DNA from: Mustelus asterias
Lineage: Eukaryota
Direction of reading: 5' to 3'
NCBI RefSeq assembly: GCF_964213995.1
Contig: NC_135814.1
Coordinates: 68,758,001-68,822,000 of the forward strand
DNA: 64,000 bases
Shown here: piece after piece, positions 26,801 to 36,744 of the stretch
Layout of the letters: each line of letters starts with the position of its first letter
Position numbering within the stretch: the first letter of the stretch is position 1
Position numbers and translations under genes: made by a program
The notes under the pieces: model-generated
The model's input: only the letters and a program-made list of their open reading frames with translations
Told to the model about the DNA's origin: nothing
Database searches by the model: none

Positions 26801-29800
26801 CAATGGGTTAGATCATGCTGCAGGCTTCAGGAGCCTGGCGGGGAACAGATGGGGGTCCCAATCCGCACTGCTCATGGCAAAACTAGCAGAACAACCTTCC
26901 TGGAAACGGCCTCATAATTGGCAGGCTCTGAGCCCAGTCAGAAAGCTGGTAACTTTTTAGCGCATCAGCAGCCATTGGAAGAGGTTGGGACTGCAAGGAT
27001 GTTTTATGCAGGCATCTTCCCTGGTCTACACAACAATCAACAAATAACCTGGATTGAAATAGATACGTGAATGAGGCTGGAGTGAAATGGCCTTCCAGTG
27101 GGTTAATCGTGGCCAGCGATTGAGGCCATGCATTAATACAGCCCCCTCTTTAGGGCGTAGGGTTGTCAGACTCGAGGGCTAAACTGTCTCCGTTAAGCTG
27201 GTGGTCTCCACTCATGGAGGTCCATTACACCTTCGGCAAAATGCCAGCAAGGCCACAAAATTGCTCCCAATTGGAGCCTTGACTGTGTAAATCAGCTGCC
27301 TGCGTCTCTGCGATGCACAGCTGATTCAAGTTCTCCAATGATGCAAATGTGTTGAGGAACTATTCCTCAGTCACTCCCCTGCCCATATTTTCCTGACCCC
27401 ACCAACACCAATCGCTTCCATGGGAAGGGAAAATCCCATGCTATGTTTTGTTGCCACTATCATTGTCATTGGCACAGAAATGTATACCTGATCTGTTGCC
27501 CTCAGAATTAATTTTTGGTCCTTGCGAACATGCACGTGCCACAGTTGAACATTTATAGAAATTACTCTGTGGCAGTATTTGTATTTCATACTTTACACAA
27601 GTAATTAAGTTGAGTATAAATCCTCCTGTTCTTGAAAGCTTTGGTGATACAGTTTCTAAGCATTTATAACACAATGTTACTTTTGTTACAAACAGTCCGT
27701 TTCATAATTGTGGTTTTTCCCCTGACTCTTTGATAATTGTGGCAAATGATGGGTAATTTGATGCAACATTTAATCAAATGTTAACATGATGTTGAAGAAT
27801 TCACCATTTCACTTCAATCTTTCAGAGATCTTGCCTTTGGAAGACTGAGTTGTTCGAAATACCTCCTTGGTACAACTGAAAATGAATTTTTGTGCTGTTG
27901 GAACCTTTTAAGTTGTACCTGTGAGTTATGATTTTTATTCTTTAACAAAATACTATCTGATTTTTATAATTTTGCAGTTTACAGGCATTACACAGTTCTT
28001 CAGTTGATTATATGGTTTTTTTTTGCAGTGGAATGGAGTACAGAGTTGAATGTAAAGGTATTGCAAGTTGACCCTCTGTCTGAGAATGTTGCTGTTTTTA
28101 CTGAATTTTCTAGGATTACAAACTGTAAGTATGATAGTTGTATTTGTCTGCAGTATATTCTGCATTTTATCATTGAAGTAAATTAAACAATTACCATACA
28201 TTGCCTTTAATGCAGGCAAATTATAATTTTAAAATCTGATTTTTTTCAGTTGATTACTTATCACAAAAATGTTCCAGAAATTATATTCTCTATTTCATTT
28301 ACAGCTAAAATCTAGTTCTCAATGTGTGGTTTTAAATGCAAACCCTTTAAAAATATTGCAATTCCCAGAGCTGTCCTTTGTGAAATAAATGTGGATGGTA
28401 CTGCAAATTCTTACGTTTACTTTCTACTCAAATGTCACTTCACTTGTGGTTAATTATTCATCTTCCTTCATGAGCTGTCAGATTAAAAGCACCATCAAAC
28501 TGGCTTTAGTAGTAGACAACTCATAGATTTTTGATATCGTACCTGGGAGAATGGACTAGAAATATGGCCACACTGATGTATTTTTTCCCCCCCCCCCCGT
28601 GTCATTGTCATTCCACTTGGCAGAAACTGGGGAATTCACATTCTGGAATTGATCTGTCACTGACACATGAATCATGGCCACAAAATACTGTGGGTGGGGT
28701 GATTGGATGGAAGGAGCAGAATGCATAAATCTGTCAGTTTCTGATTCTATACAATGCATTGCTATTGCCTTTCAATTGAAGATTTTCTTTCTAGAATGCC
28801 ACAGTGAAAGATGTTTGCACAAAATCTCATTTTCACCGTATTCGCTGTTTGTGCACGATGCACTTTTCTCCAATTTGTTCAGAGTAACATTTGTTACTCT
28901 GCTACCAAATACAAATCTTAAAAGTCTCATCAGCTAAACACTACCTTATTAACTGCTGGGCTGTCTATGCATGCTATTCTAAATTTTGTGTAAGACTAGA
29001 ATTAGCAAATGCTGCTTAGAATAATAGTGCACAAGTTCTGATGAGAGTTACTTGAAGTAATTTCTTCAGTCCTCATAATTCCAGTATTCTTATAAAGTAG
29101 TCTGTGAGACTGAGTTTACTTTTTGTAAAATCAAAATTGTTCATTACATCCATAATTAAAATTGCTTTCATTTAGAAGTGTCTATTTAAAACCTTTTGTT
29201 GTTGGGATTACTTGAAATTTTAAGCACTCTACACCATATTAAATATATTCGGGTAAAAGTTCTACTTCTGTGCTCTCCATTTTCTAATGGTTTTCCAACC
29301 ATTCTATGGAAGATACAAGCACAAAAGTGGAATTTATCCCCTTTTTTAATAAGTTAGTCACTTTTCATATTCCAAAATAAAAGCAAAACACTGCAGTTGC
29401 TGAAAAACTGAAATAAAAACAAAGTGTTGGAAAAACTCAGCAGGGCTGGTGGGAGAAAGAGTTAACATTTCAAGTCAAATATGTATTCTGAAAAAGAGTC
29501 ATAATCAACTCAAACATTAACTCCGTTTTTCTCTCCACAGTTGCTGCCAGACCTGCTGAGTTTTTCCAGCACCTCTGATGTTTCATAACTGTTCCTTAGC
29601 TTTTCAGAATTTAATGTCCTCAAGTGTTTCTCTTTTTATTTGCCGCAGTCTTTGTTTTTAAGCCGAATGAGCCACGGCCCTTGTACATGCAGGCAAATGT
29701 GTGTTACGATCAAGTCCAGCGGGCGCTCTTTGTCCCCAGAGAGGTTCTTGAGGACTATAATTCTGAGAGTAACCAGTGGCTAGTCAGATCCCAACTCTAC

Positions 29801-32099
29801 TTCCTTTCTGCTTCACAGGTAAACCAAATGTAATCAGTGAAGTTGAAAACTAGATGTTTACTGCTAACTTAAGTATTTAATTTAAAGTTGATGAGCATTT
29901 CTTTCCCCCCTCAGAACTTAATGACGTTCGGTACAGTAGAAGAAAGGTTGACACCATCCAGCAAGCAGGTACTGTATATGTGGCTAGTACAAAGATTAAG
30001 TGACCAGAGGAAATAATGTTTTCCTTTGTATTCATATTACATTATATGAAAGAAGTTTATTGTTGAACTTATGCAAGTGGAAAGCATTTTGAATTCAGAT
30101 TATTATGCCCTACACTGGAATTCTATCTAAATTGTGAAATTGTAATACAATCATTAATTCACTTTTTAGTATTATATATTCTATTCACTACCGGGAGTTT
30201 TTGTGACCTAATTAAAAGGGTAATGTGTACCCAGTTGCAAACATGAGGTTGAGTTTTAGGATAACTTGTATTTGATTAGAAATGTAGCAGCATCTTGTGG
30301 TAAGAGTTTTGCGAGCTTTTTGTCTTGTATGTGTGATTTGCTCATTTGTACAGTTGGTAATTTTGGGAAATCCATGTTCACCGGCAACTTTATAACAACG
30401 TTCAATTTTCCTCCAGCTGATCATTGATGAAAACATTCCCAAGACTCCTTTCCATGTGTTGCTAGGGAAACATAGGGAACAACAAAGAAATTTTGGGTCA
30501 GAAACGGAACAAACTGCACTGCCTGAAGGATCTGCTACAATTAGCCAAGTGAGTACCTGCATAATGAGCAATTGAGAATACCAAGTCCTCACCACTATAG
30601 CTTTCTTAAAACCACTATTTACTTTTCTCTAGATGCTTCATACACCAGCTCATGTTCTGCCAAATGCATCATTTCTCTGTTTAATGTTTGTGAATTCATT
30701 GCTGATACCCAAAGTGGGCATAAGGTAAGATGAATTTATTGGTTGCTTTGGAATATATGACTTCACTTGAATGCATTGCAATTAAGATCTTACCAAGGCA
30801 GGCATGCATCCTTTGAGATTACACCCATTTTCTTTGTATTTATGTAGAATTCTAAATTTTTCAGGCTCCATGTATAGCTCTTCAGCCAGCTTGTTTAGCA
30901 TTATATTTAGATTTTTCTTCTTGGCCTCTAAATCCTGTATTCTGCATTAAACATTTTATCCCAAGCAGTCCTAGTGAGCTAAAATGGACCCTGTACTTGC
31001 CAACTGTTGCACTAGCTGAAAACCCTTGGGGGCAGGGAAAGGAACTGGAGTCTGAGCAGAAGCAGGAAGGAAGGAAACGAGAAGGAGCAGAGGGAAATAA
31101 AGCAAATAAGACGTGCTGAGTTTGGCTGCTGATTGACAATACCAAGTAAAAACTAAAATCAAAGTATGCCAAAGAACAAATAACACGAATAATTGATTAA
31201 GTAGGTCAAAAAATGGGAAGCTTGCTTAATTTTTATTCATTGCATAATTATGAGATGTAAAAAGGGACTTAAGGCATGGTGCTTTTGTTGTCATAACAAT
31301 ATAATGAAACAAATAAAGAAGCTTTTGGAAACCTAGAATACAAACCAGGAACATTAATGTAAAATTTTACAGTACGTTGGATTATGTTGAATTCAGGTCA
31401 CTATTCCTAAGTGAGAACTCTAATTAACTACCACTTGTGCAGTTTTAAGTCCAGCTACAGCTCTTTAGATCACTCAGTTTTAACAACTGTAATAATTACA
31501 TTAGCACTTATAATTACCTGATTGAACTAATTCCAGACACTGATCTCATCTATGACTTGCATCTTAAAGATTAAAGTATCTTAGGATTTGATGTTTTAAA
31601 AAATCACGAGAGTGTGTCGTGGCAGTGATATTATTTGCAATAAAGGTCAATCCAGATTATTGCCACAAAGTGCACCAAGAAAGTAAGATAAGAGGATATA
31701 GTGGGAAGTAAATTGAAACAGATACAATGAAGAAATCTTTACTCAGAGCGAAAAATGTTTGAAATACTCAGCCAAATGAAATTGAAGTAGTATGCTCAAA
31801 ACTTGTCCCCACATAATTCAGTTGAAGGAGTAAGATCCACTATCTGACTCTGTATTTTTGATATGGCGATGCATTTTTGTGATCTTAACATTAGCTCAAA
31901 CGAAGACGATGACGAGGTGGAAATGGAGAGTGAGAAAGAGGAGGATGAATCTGACGTGGAGATGGATCCCACTGAAAATGATCAAGAAACGAAGAAAGCT
32001 TATTCATCAGAGGAACTGTTACCTAAACTGACCAAATCTGAAGAAAAAGAACTGAAAAAACTTCGGAAGATTGATTACAGCTGGCTAACTGCAGTATAG
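2706..32099 (+). CDS. WDR75: WD repeat-containing protein 75 (UTP17/NAN1 orthologue), whole spliced gene, 21 coding exons, 829 aa
   Basis: Hand-spliced exons give one open frame of 2490 nt from [32 protein letters not shown] to [18 protein letters not shown]. It is collinear with vertebrate WDR75 as I recall it (human ~830 aa, 21 exons: [62 protein letters not shown]). All 20 introns are GT-AG with matching phases. Confidence 0.97.
3985..4870 (-). mobile_element. LINE (CR1/L2 group, second family) 3' fragment
   Basis: Reverse-complement match to the family at 40775-44430; also present at 13290-13620 and 17740-18420. Confidence 0.75.
4875..5965 (+). mobile_element. Decayed CR1: ORF1 esterase and ORF2 endonuclease remnants
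   Basis: [23 protein letters not shown] (SGNH esterase), then the F(D)ARSL endonuclease start, similar to 55467-57970. Confidence 0.7.
6043..6172 (+). CDS. WDR75: WDR75 exon 2
   Basis: ttttgcag|...[43 protein letters not shown]|gtaaga. Confidence 0.96.
7062..7127 (+). CDS. WDR75: WDR75 exon 3
   Basis: ttcacag|[22 protein letters not shown]|gtaagt; classic WD motif. Confidence 0.96.
7208..7307 (+). CDS. WDR75: WDR75 exon 4
   Basis: tctctag|[33 protein letters not shown]|gtaaca; preceded by an 80-nt intron. Confidence 0.93.
8495..8775 (+). mobile_element. Penelope reverse transcriptase remnant
   Basis: [18 protein letters not shown] and [20 protein letters not shown] match the PLE RT motifs G(V/L)AMGSPL and LHPxLKFT..LPFLD. 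Confidence 0.7.
9116..9240 (+). CDS. WDR75: WDR75 exon 5
   Basis: tctccag|[42 protein letters not shown]|gtacga. Confidence 0.95.
9761..9831 (+). CDS. WDR75: WDR75 exon 6
   Basis: ttaacag|[23 protein letters not shown]|gtaacc. Confidence 0.93.
9965..10078 (+). CDS. WDR75: WDR75 exon 7
   Basis: ttttaag|[37 protein letters not shown](W)|gtatgg. Confidence 0.94.
11218..11306 (+). CDS. WDR75: WDR75 exon 8
   Basis: ttcatag|[29 protein letters not shown]|gtagga. Confidence 0.96.
11520..14610 (-). mobile_element. Mosaic of decayed CR1 fragments in intron 8, with a second-family LINE piece at 13290-13620
   Basis: Minus-strand [18 protein letters not shown] (RT) and [23 protein letters not shown] (endonuclease); several CR1 3' tails. 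Confidence 0.75.
14985..15143 (+). CDS. WDR75: WDR75 exon 9
   Basis: ttaacag|[53 protein letters not shown]|gtaagg. Confidence 0.96.
15599..15658 (+). CDS. WDR75: WDR75 exon 10
   Basis: ctttcag|[20 protein letters not shown]|gtatgt. Confidence 0.95.
15757..15872 (+). CDS. WDR75: WDR75 exon 11
   Basis: ttttcag|[39 protein letters not shown]|gtaagt. Confidence 0.97.
16106..16335 (-). mobile_element. HE1 SINE, 5'-truncated
   Basis: Reverse complement of the HE1 core and tail. Confidence 0.85.
17416..17736 (-). mobile_element. HE1 SINE, near full length (a + strand V-SINE piece abuts it at 17293-17410)
   Basis: Reverse-strand box A/B, core and tail. Confidence 0.85.
17740..18422 (-). mobile_element. 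LINE second-family 3' fragment
   Basis: Minus [21 protein letters not shown] matches 43970-44030. Confidence 0.8.
19800..20063 (+). mobile_element. HE1 SINE
   Basis: Box A/B, V core, tail ending GGGATTCTA. Confidence 0.87.
20888..21063 (+). CDS. WDR75: WDR75 exon 12
   Basis: ttcacag|[58 protein letters not shown]|gtgagt; absent from the ORF track. Confidence 0.96.
21416..21876. mobile_element. MITE-like element
   Basis: Imperfect TIRs GGGGGCTAAATT / AATTTAATCCCC; no clean TSD seen. Confidence 0.45.
22516..22679 (+). CDS. WDR75: WDR75 exon 13
   Basis: ttgatag|[54 protein letters not shown]|gtaagt. Confidence 0.95.
22980..23615 (+). mobile_element. CR1 3' fragment
   Basis: [20 protein letters not shown] motif followed by a CR1 3' UTR. 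Confidence 0.85.
24225..24415 (+). mobile_element. Short young CR1 3' end
   Basis: Closely matches 43535-43724. Confidence 0.85.
26308..26488 (+). CDS. WDR75: WDR75 exon 14
   Basis: tttccag|[60 protein letters not shown](R)|gtgagt. Confidence 0.96.
27826..27920 (+). CDS. WDR75: WDR75 exon 15
   Basis: ctttcag|[31 protein letters not shown]|gtgagt. Confidence 0.96.
28029..28124 (+). CDS. WDR75: WDR75 exon 16
   Basis: tttgcag|[32 protein letters not shown]|gtaagt. Confidence 0.95.
29375..29585. repeat. Palindromic (fold-back) element, probably Penelope-terminus derived
   Basis: Arms 29424-29449 and 29547-29572 are near-perfect reverse complements; half copies lie at about 38480-38560 and 46660-46785. 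Confidence 0.75.
29649..29818 (+). CDS. WDR75: WDR75 exon 17
   Basis: gccgcag|[57 protein letters not shown]|gtaaac. Confidence 0.95.
29915..29968 (+). CDS. WDR75: WDR75 exon 18
   Basis: ccctcag|[18 protein letters not shown]|gtactg. Confidence 0.93.
30417..30548 (+). CDS. WDR75: WDR75 exon 19
   Basis: cctccag|[44 protein letters not shown]|gtgagt. Confidence 0.94.
30633..30724 (+). CDS. WDR75: WDR75 exon 20
   Basis: tctctag|[30 protein letters not shown]|gtaaga. Confidence 0.95.
31895..32099 (+). CDS. WDR75: WDR75 exon 21 (acidic tail, stop TAG 32097-32099)
   Basis: acattag|[24 protein letters not shown]...[18 protein letters not shown]; the acceptor was chosen on phase and is the least certain boundary. 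Confidence 0.9.
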
Positions 32100-32143
32100 A
32101 CTGGAGAGATTGATTACATCTGGGATCTTTTGGAAAATAACAA

Positions 32144-32149
32144 AATAAA
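32144..32149 (+). terminator. Probable polyadenylation signal of WDR75 (very short 3' UTR)
   Basis: AATAAA 45 nt after the stop, T-rich sequence downstream, and a CR1 begins at about 32230. Confidence 0.6.
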
Positions 32150-32229
32150 ACGTTAAATATTTTTAGAACAAACATTTACTCATGGTATCTATATAAAGTT
32201 TTTTTTTAAATAGGTTGTTTCTATTCCTT

Positions 32230-34250
32230 ATCTTCATGGTTAAAAAGACAAACCAGTACTAATAGAAAATCAAGAGGGAGAAGGAAAGCACTGAAAACAA
32301 TCATTACTACTTGAGGAAAAAGTACTGAGAACACTAAAGGGACTAAAGGCTTTCAAGTTCTTGGGCCTGTATTAATGATTTTGAAAGAAGTAGCTGCAGA
32401 GATGATGAAGGCATTGGTTGTAATCTTCCTAAATTCCCCAGATTCGGGAAAGGATCCAGCAGTTGGGAAACTGAAAAATGTAATGTCAAGAAAGGAGGGA
32501 GACAAATTAGGAAACTATAAGCCACTTAACCTATCATCTGTCATTGGAAAACCCTTGGACTCATCGTTAAGGAAGTAGTAGCAGGATATTTAGATAATAC
32601 AATGGCTCTATGAAAGAAAATCTTGTTTGACAAATTTATTAGAGTTTGAGGCTGAGGATGGAAAATTGGGAACCAATAGATGTTGTATATTTGGATTTCC
32701 AAAAGGCATTCAATAAGGTGTCACATAACAGATTAATGCACAGTCATGGTGTTGGGGGTAATGTATTACCATGGATAGAGGATCAGCTAACGTACAGAAT
32801 TGGGATGTGTCGAATCCTACAGTGCAGAAGGCGGCCATTCGGCCCATCGAGTCTGCACCAACCACAATCCCACCTAGGTTCTATCCCCATAAACCCCATG
32901 CATTTACCCTAGCTAGACCCCCTGACACTAAAGGGCAATTTAGCATGGCCAATCCACCTAACCCACAAATCTTTAGACCTGTGGGAGGAAACCTAGGCAG
33001 GCATGGAAGAATGTAGAAACTCCATACAGATAGTGACCCAAGTCAGGAATTGAACCCTGGTGCTGTGAAGCAGCAGTGCTAGCCACTGTGTCGAGAGTAA
33101 TTTTCAGGTTGGCATTTGGAGGCCAAAAGGATCTGTGCTGGGGCCTCAACTTTACAGCTATTGTAATAACTTCACTGGTTGCAAAAGGAGGGCATTCAGC
33201 TGATGTCTGTGCTGTCTCTCCAAAGGGTTACTTCACCTACTGCCACTCACCACCACCTCCCCTTTACCCTGCACATTCTTCCTTTTCAAATAGTCCACTT
33301 TCCTCTTGAGTGCCTCGATTGGACCTGCTTTAATTACACTCAGTTGATGCATTCCAGAACCTAAACCATGAAAAGTGTGACTTGGAAGGAACAGTTTATT
33401 GTCGTAAAATTTTCTGACATCTCAAAGGTAGGAAAGCAAGGAGGAAGCAGAGACTGCAAAGGGATATAGATTAACTGCAAAAATATTTGTCACGTTTAAT
33501 ATAATACAGGGAAATTAGGTTGTCCTGTTTGGTGCAGAATAGGAAAGCAGAAAATTATTTAAATGGCGAGAGAATGTGAAATGCTGCAGTACAGAGGGAT
33601 CTGGGTGTTCTCATTATATATTTCCCAAATGTTAACATGAAGAAACAACAAGCAACTATGAAGCCAATAGAATTATGGACCTTTATTTGAAAAGGAATGG
33701 GGTGTAAAAGTAAGGCATTTTTGCTACAACTGTACAGGCATTGGTGAAAAGAATAGTCCACAGTTTTGCTCTCATTATTTCAGGAGGAATATTTGGAACC
33801 AGTTGGGAAAAGGTTCACGAGATTGATCCCACTGGTGAAGGGGGTTGTCTTATAAGAAAATGTTGAGCAGGTTTGGCCCATACTCAGAAGTGAGAAGAAT
33901 GAGAGATGATCTTTTGAAATGTAAAAGATTTTGAGCAGGCTTGGCAAAATAAATCCTATGGGGATGTTTCCCCTCATGGGGGAAATCAAAAACTAGGGGG
34001 CACAGTTTCAAATTAAGAGGTCTCCCATTTAAGCTGAAGATGAGGAATTTTCTCTCTCGAGGGGAGTTAATATAAGGAATTTTGTACTTGGGGAGCAGTG
34101 GAGTCTGGATGATTGAATATATTTACAATTGAGTTGGACAGATTTTTGGCCTGTGAGAGAGTTATAGGTTATGGTGGCAGGCAGAAAGATCAGTCATGAT
34201 CTTATTGAATGGGGAGCAAACTTGAGACCAAATTACCACTACTATTTATG
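32230..34250 (+). mobile_element. Decayed CR1 ORF2 and 3' UTR
   Basis: ILKEVAAEM..GNYKPLNLSSVIGK, DVVYLDFQKAFNKV; many frameshifts. Confidence 0.85.
32811..33090 (-). mobile_element. HE1 SINE inserted in CR1
   Basis: Reverse HE1; TGTGTCGA repeated at 32806-32813 and 33087-33094. Confidence 0.87.
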
Positions 34251-36744
34251 CACTGAATTGAAATATGCATATGAATGGAGGTAAGTGCAGTGCAATCAAT
34301 TTTACATAATTAGGTCACCACAGAATTGGAAATATCATTGAGTCAAGTCGATAAGCATTTGCAGAAAGTTTAATCAACTGATTGTTGAAAAAGTTCCTTC
34401 AGCCAGGAACAAGAGTGAGCCATTTTGTACCTTGAGCCTGTCTATCATTCAATGAGATCTCGGCTGATTTGTGACCTAATTCCATACACACACCTTGGAC
34501 CCCATTAGCTCACATATCTATCAGTCTCAGGTTTTAAATGAACAATTAACCTTGGGTCAGCTGCCTTTTGTGGAATTGAGATCCAAACTTCCACTATTTG
34601 CACTCTAAATCATTTACCCTTTCTCCATATCCTAGATTCCACAACCAGGAGAAATTGTTTTTCTTGATCTACTTCATCAGTACCTCCTGAATATCTTAAA
34701 GTCTTCGATCAAATCACTCTTTAGTTGTTTTTAATGTCAGGGAATACAAACTCTAAAGTGTAATCTTTTCTTGTAATTTAACCTTTGGAGTCCAGGCATT
34801 ATTCTGATCGACCTTTACTGCACTTCTGGATCAATATCATTTTCCTACCCCTGCACCAGAACTGACAGGTAATCAGGTGCCGTCCATCTAAGGCTTCCTT
34901 TAGCTTTATTTTAATTCGTGGGATCCGAATATCGCTCGCAAGGATTTGTTGCCCTTGAGACCCTGGTGGTCGGGCTGTACCATTGCAGCCTGTACAATGA
35001 AGGTACTCGCACTGATTATTTTTTTTAAATTTTATTCCTTTCTTAAAGTTACAAAGTCAATGCAGAGAATGAGTAGGGCAAGCCCTTAATCCGTCTCCTT
35101 GCTTGTTCCAATGCCCAATTCAAATTGAATCCAATTCCTGGTCCTCGCGAGAGACATACAAGATCCAAGTTGACAAAATGCATTGCACCTGATCTTGGGC
35201 TTGTTCTGACGTTTGCACTTACCCCATCACTTCTCGGCATTTTGGCTAAGTTCCAGCGGCAATGAAGGGACAGCAAAAAAATTTCCAAGCCAGGGTGGTG
35301 TGCAACTTGGAGAGGAACAGCAATTCACAAAGGGAGGTTATTGTTCCCTGGGGAGGGACTGTCTAAAAGACACTGGCACTCTGAGAGCTGAAGGTAATTC
35401 ATCCTTTGCCCATAGACTTTCTGTGCAGGATTGTGTTTTCTGACTATGACTGCTTGCTGTTGTTGCCTATCGTGTCCTGGCCCTTGCGCAACTGCAAATC
35501 CCTCACCCATCTGGACTGCAGAACTCACCTTTTCCTGAACAATTGTCCTCCTCTGTCTCCTTTCTTCCTCACTGGAGGATTCTCCTCCAGAGTGCACAAT
35601 CTCCATGGGGACAGTGGTCTCTGGTTATTCTGCTGGAGTTCTCATCCTCCAGGGTAGCCCTGTCTCCAGACCCCTTTCCTCTCAGTCTCCTTAATTGTAA
35701 TGTCAACCTATAAAAGCTGAAGAAATAAAGTCTACTAATAGCCAAACACTGCACTTTCAGCAGCAAACTCTACTGCTACATGCAACCATGGTTCCATTTG
35801 CAGGTCATGCTGGTCCTGCCTCCTCGTACCTGATATAAGTCACTGCCAATGTTTTTCCCATATGGCTACCAAAAGATTGAGTGGGCAAAGTAAGATTACA
35901 GTCAGTTGCCTCTTTAATGATCTCAATAGCCTGCTGATTGATCATCTTCAAAATGACAGTCAGGCTTTCAATTTTGGCACCCACTTGCCTTCCTCTTATA
36001 GGAAACTGGTGGCATGAGGCCAGATTGTCAACCTGATGTCATCTCGTGTTTTATGTAAGTGTGGGGCTGATATGTGACCATAAAATCCAATCCAATATCA
36101 GAAGTCATTCAGAACTATCTATCTGGAACAGAATGATGTGTCTTCAAATTGTATTTAATATGTGACAAAAATGATGAAAAGCCATCCTAAGTTTTAACAA
36201 GTAGTGAATGAAATTTCTGTCATTGCAGGGCCATGAACCATCTTCATTCCACAGGATTAAGGCTGTAGTTCTCTTTGTGATTGAATGTTTCCAACCAAAT
36301 GATCTGACTTTTGATGATGATAGAGTTGTGAGAGCAATGCACGTAACACAAAGCAATTACCAAAGTGACCTCAGCATTCAATGCACTCAGTATCTATGAC
36401 ACATGTAACATTGTCAATGTTTCACTGCTGTTGACCTGCTGTGTTGCCCCTCACCTCTGCCCCTGTCCTATTCCCTTGTCTCTCTCTCCTCTGTTCAGAC
36501 ATGCGACCATGAAAAGCTTGGGTCAGGGCGACCATGAAAGTTTGGGCAGGTGGCTAAGAAAAACTTGTGTTTGGGCTTCAGAGTAGCAATGCTGGTGGGA
36601 ACTGAGCTGAAATCCTTTTAACTCGAGAATTCCAGTTGAGTCCGCCATAGCCTGGTGTTTCCACTGACGCCAGCAAACAGACCTCACAGAAGCCTGTGAA
36701 AAAAGGGATGGGAAATCTAGTGCCTAGAGCATCGTCAATTGATA

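Noticed and set aside
2801-31894. Non-canonical or U12-type introns in WDR75
   Set aside because: All 20 junctions are GT-AG and none has the U12 GTATCCTT donor
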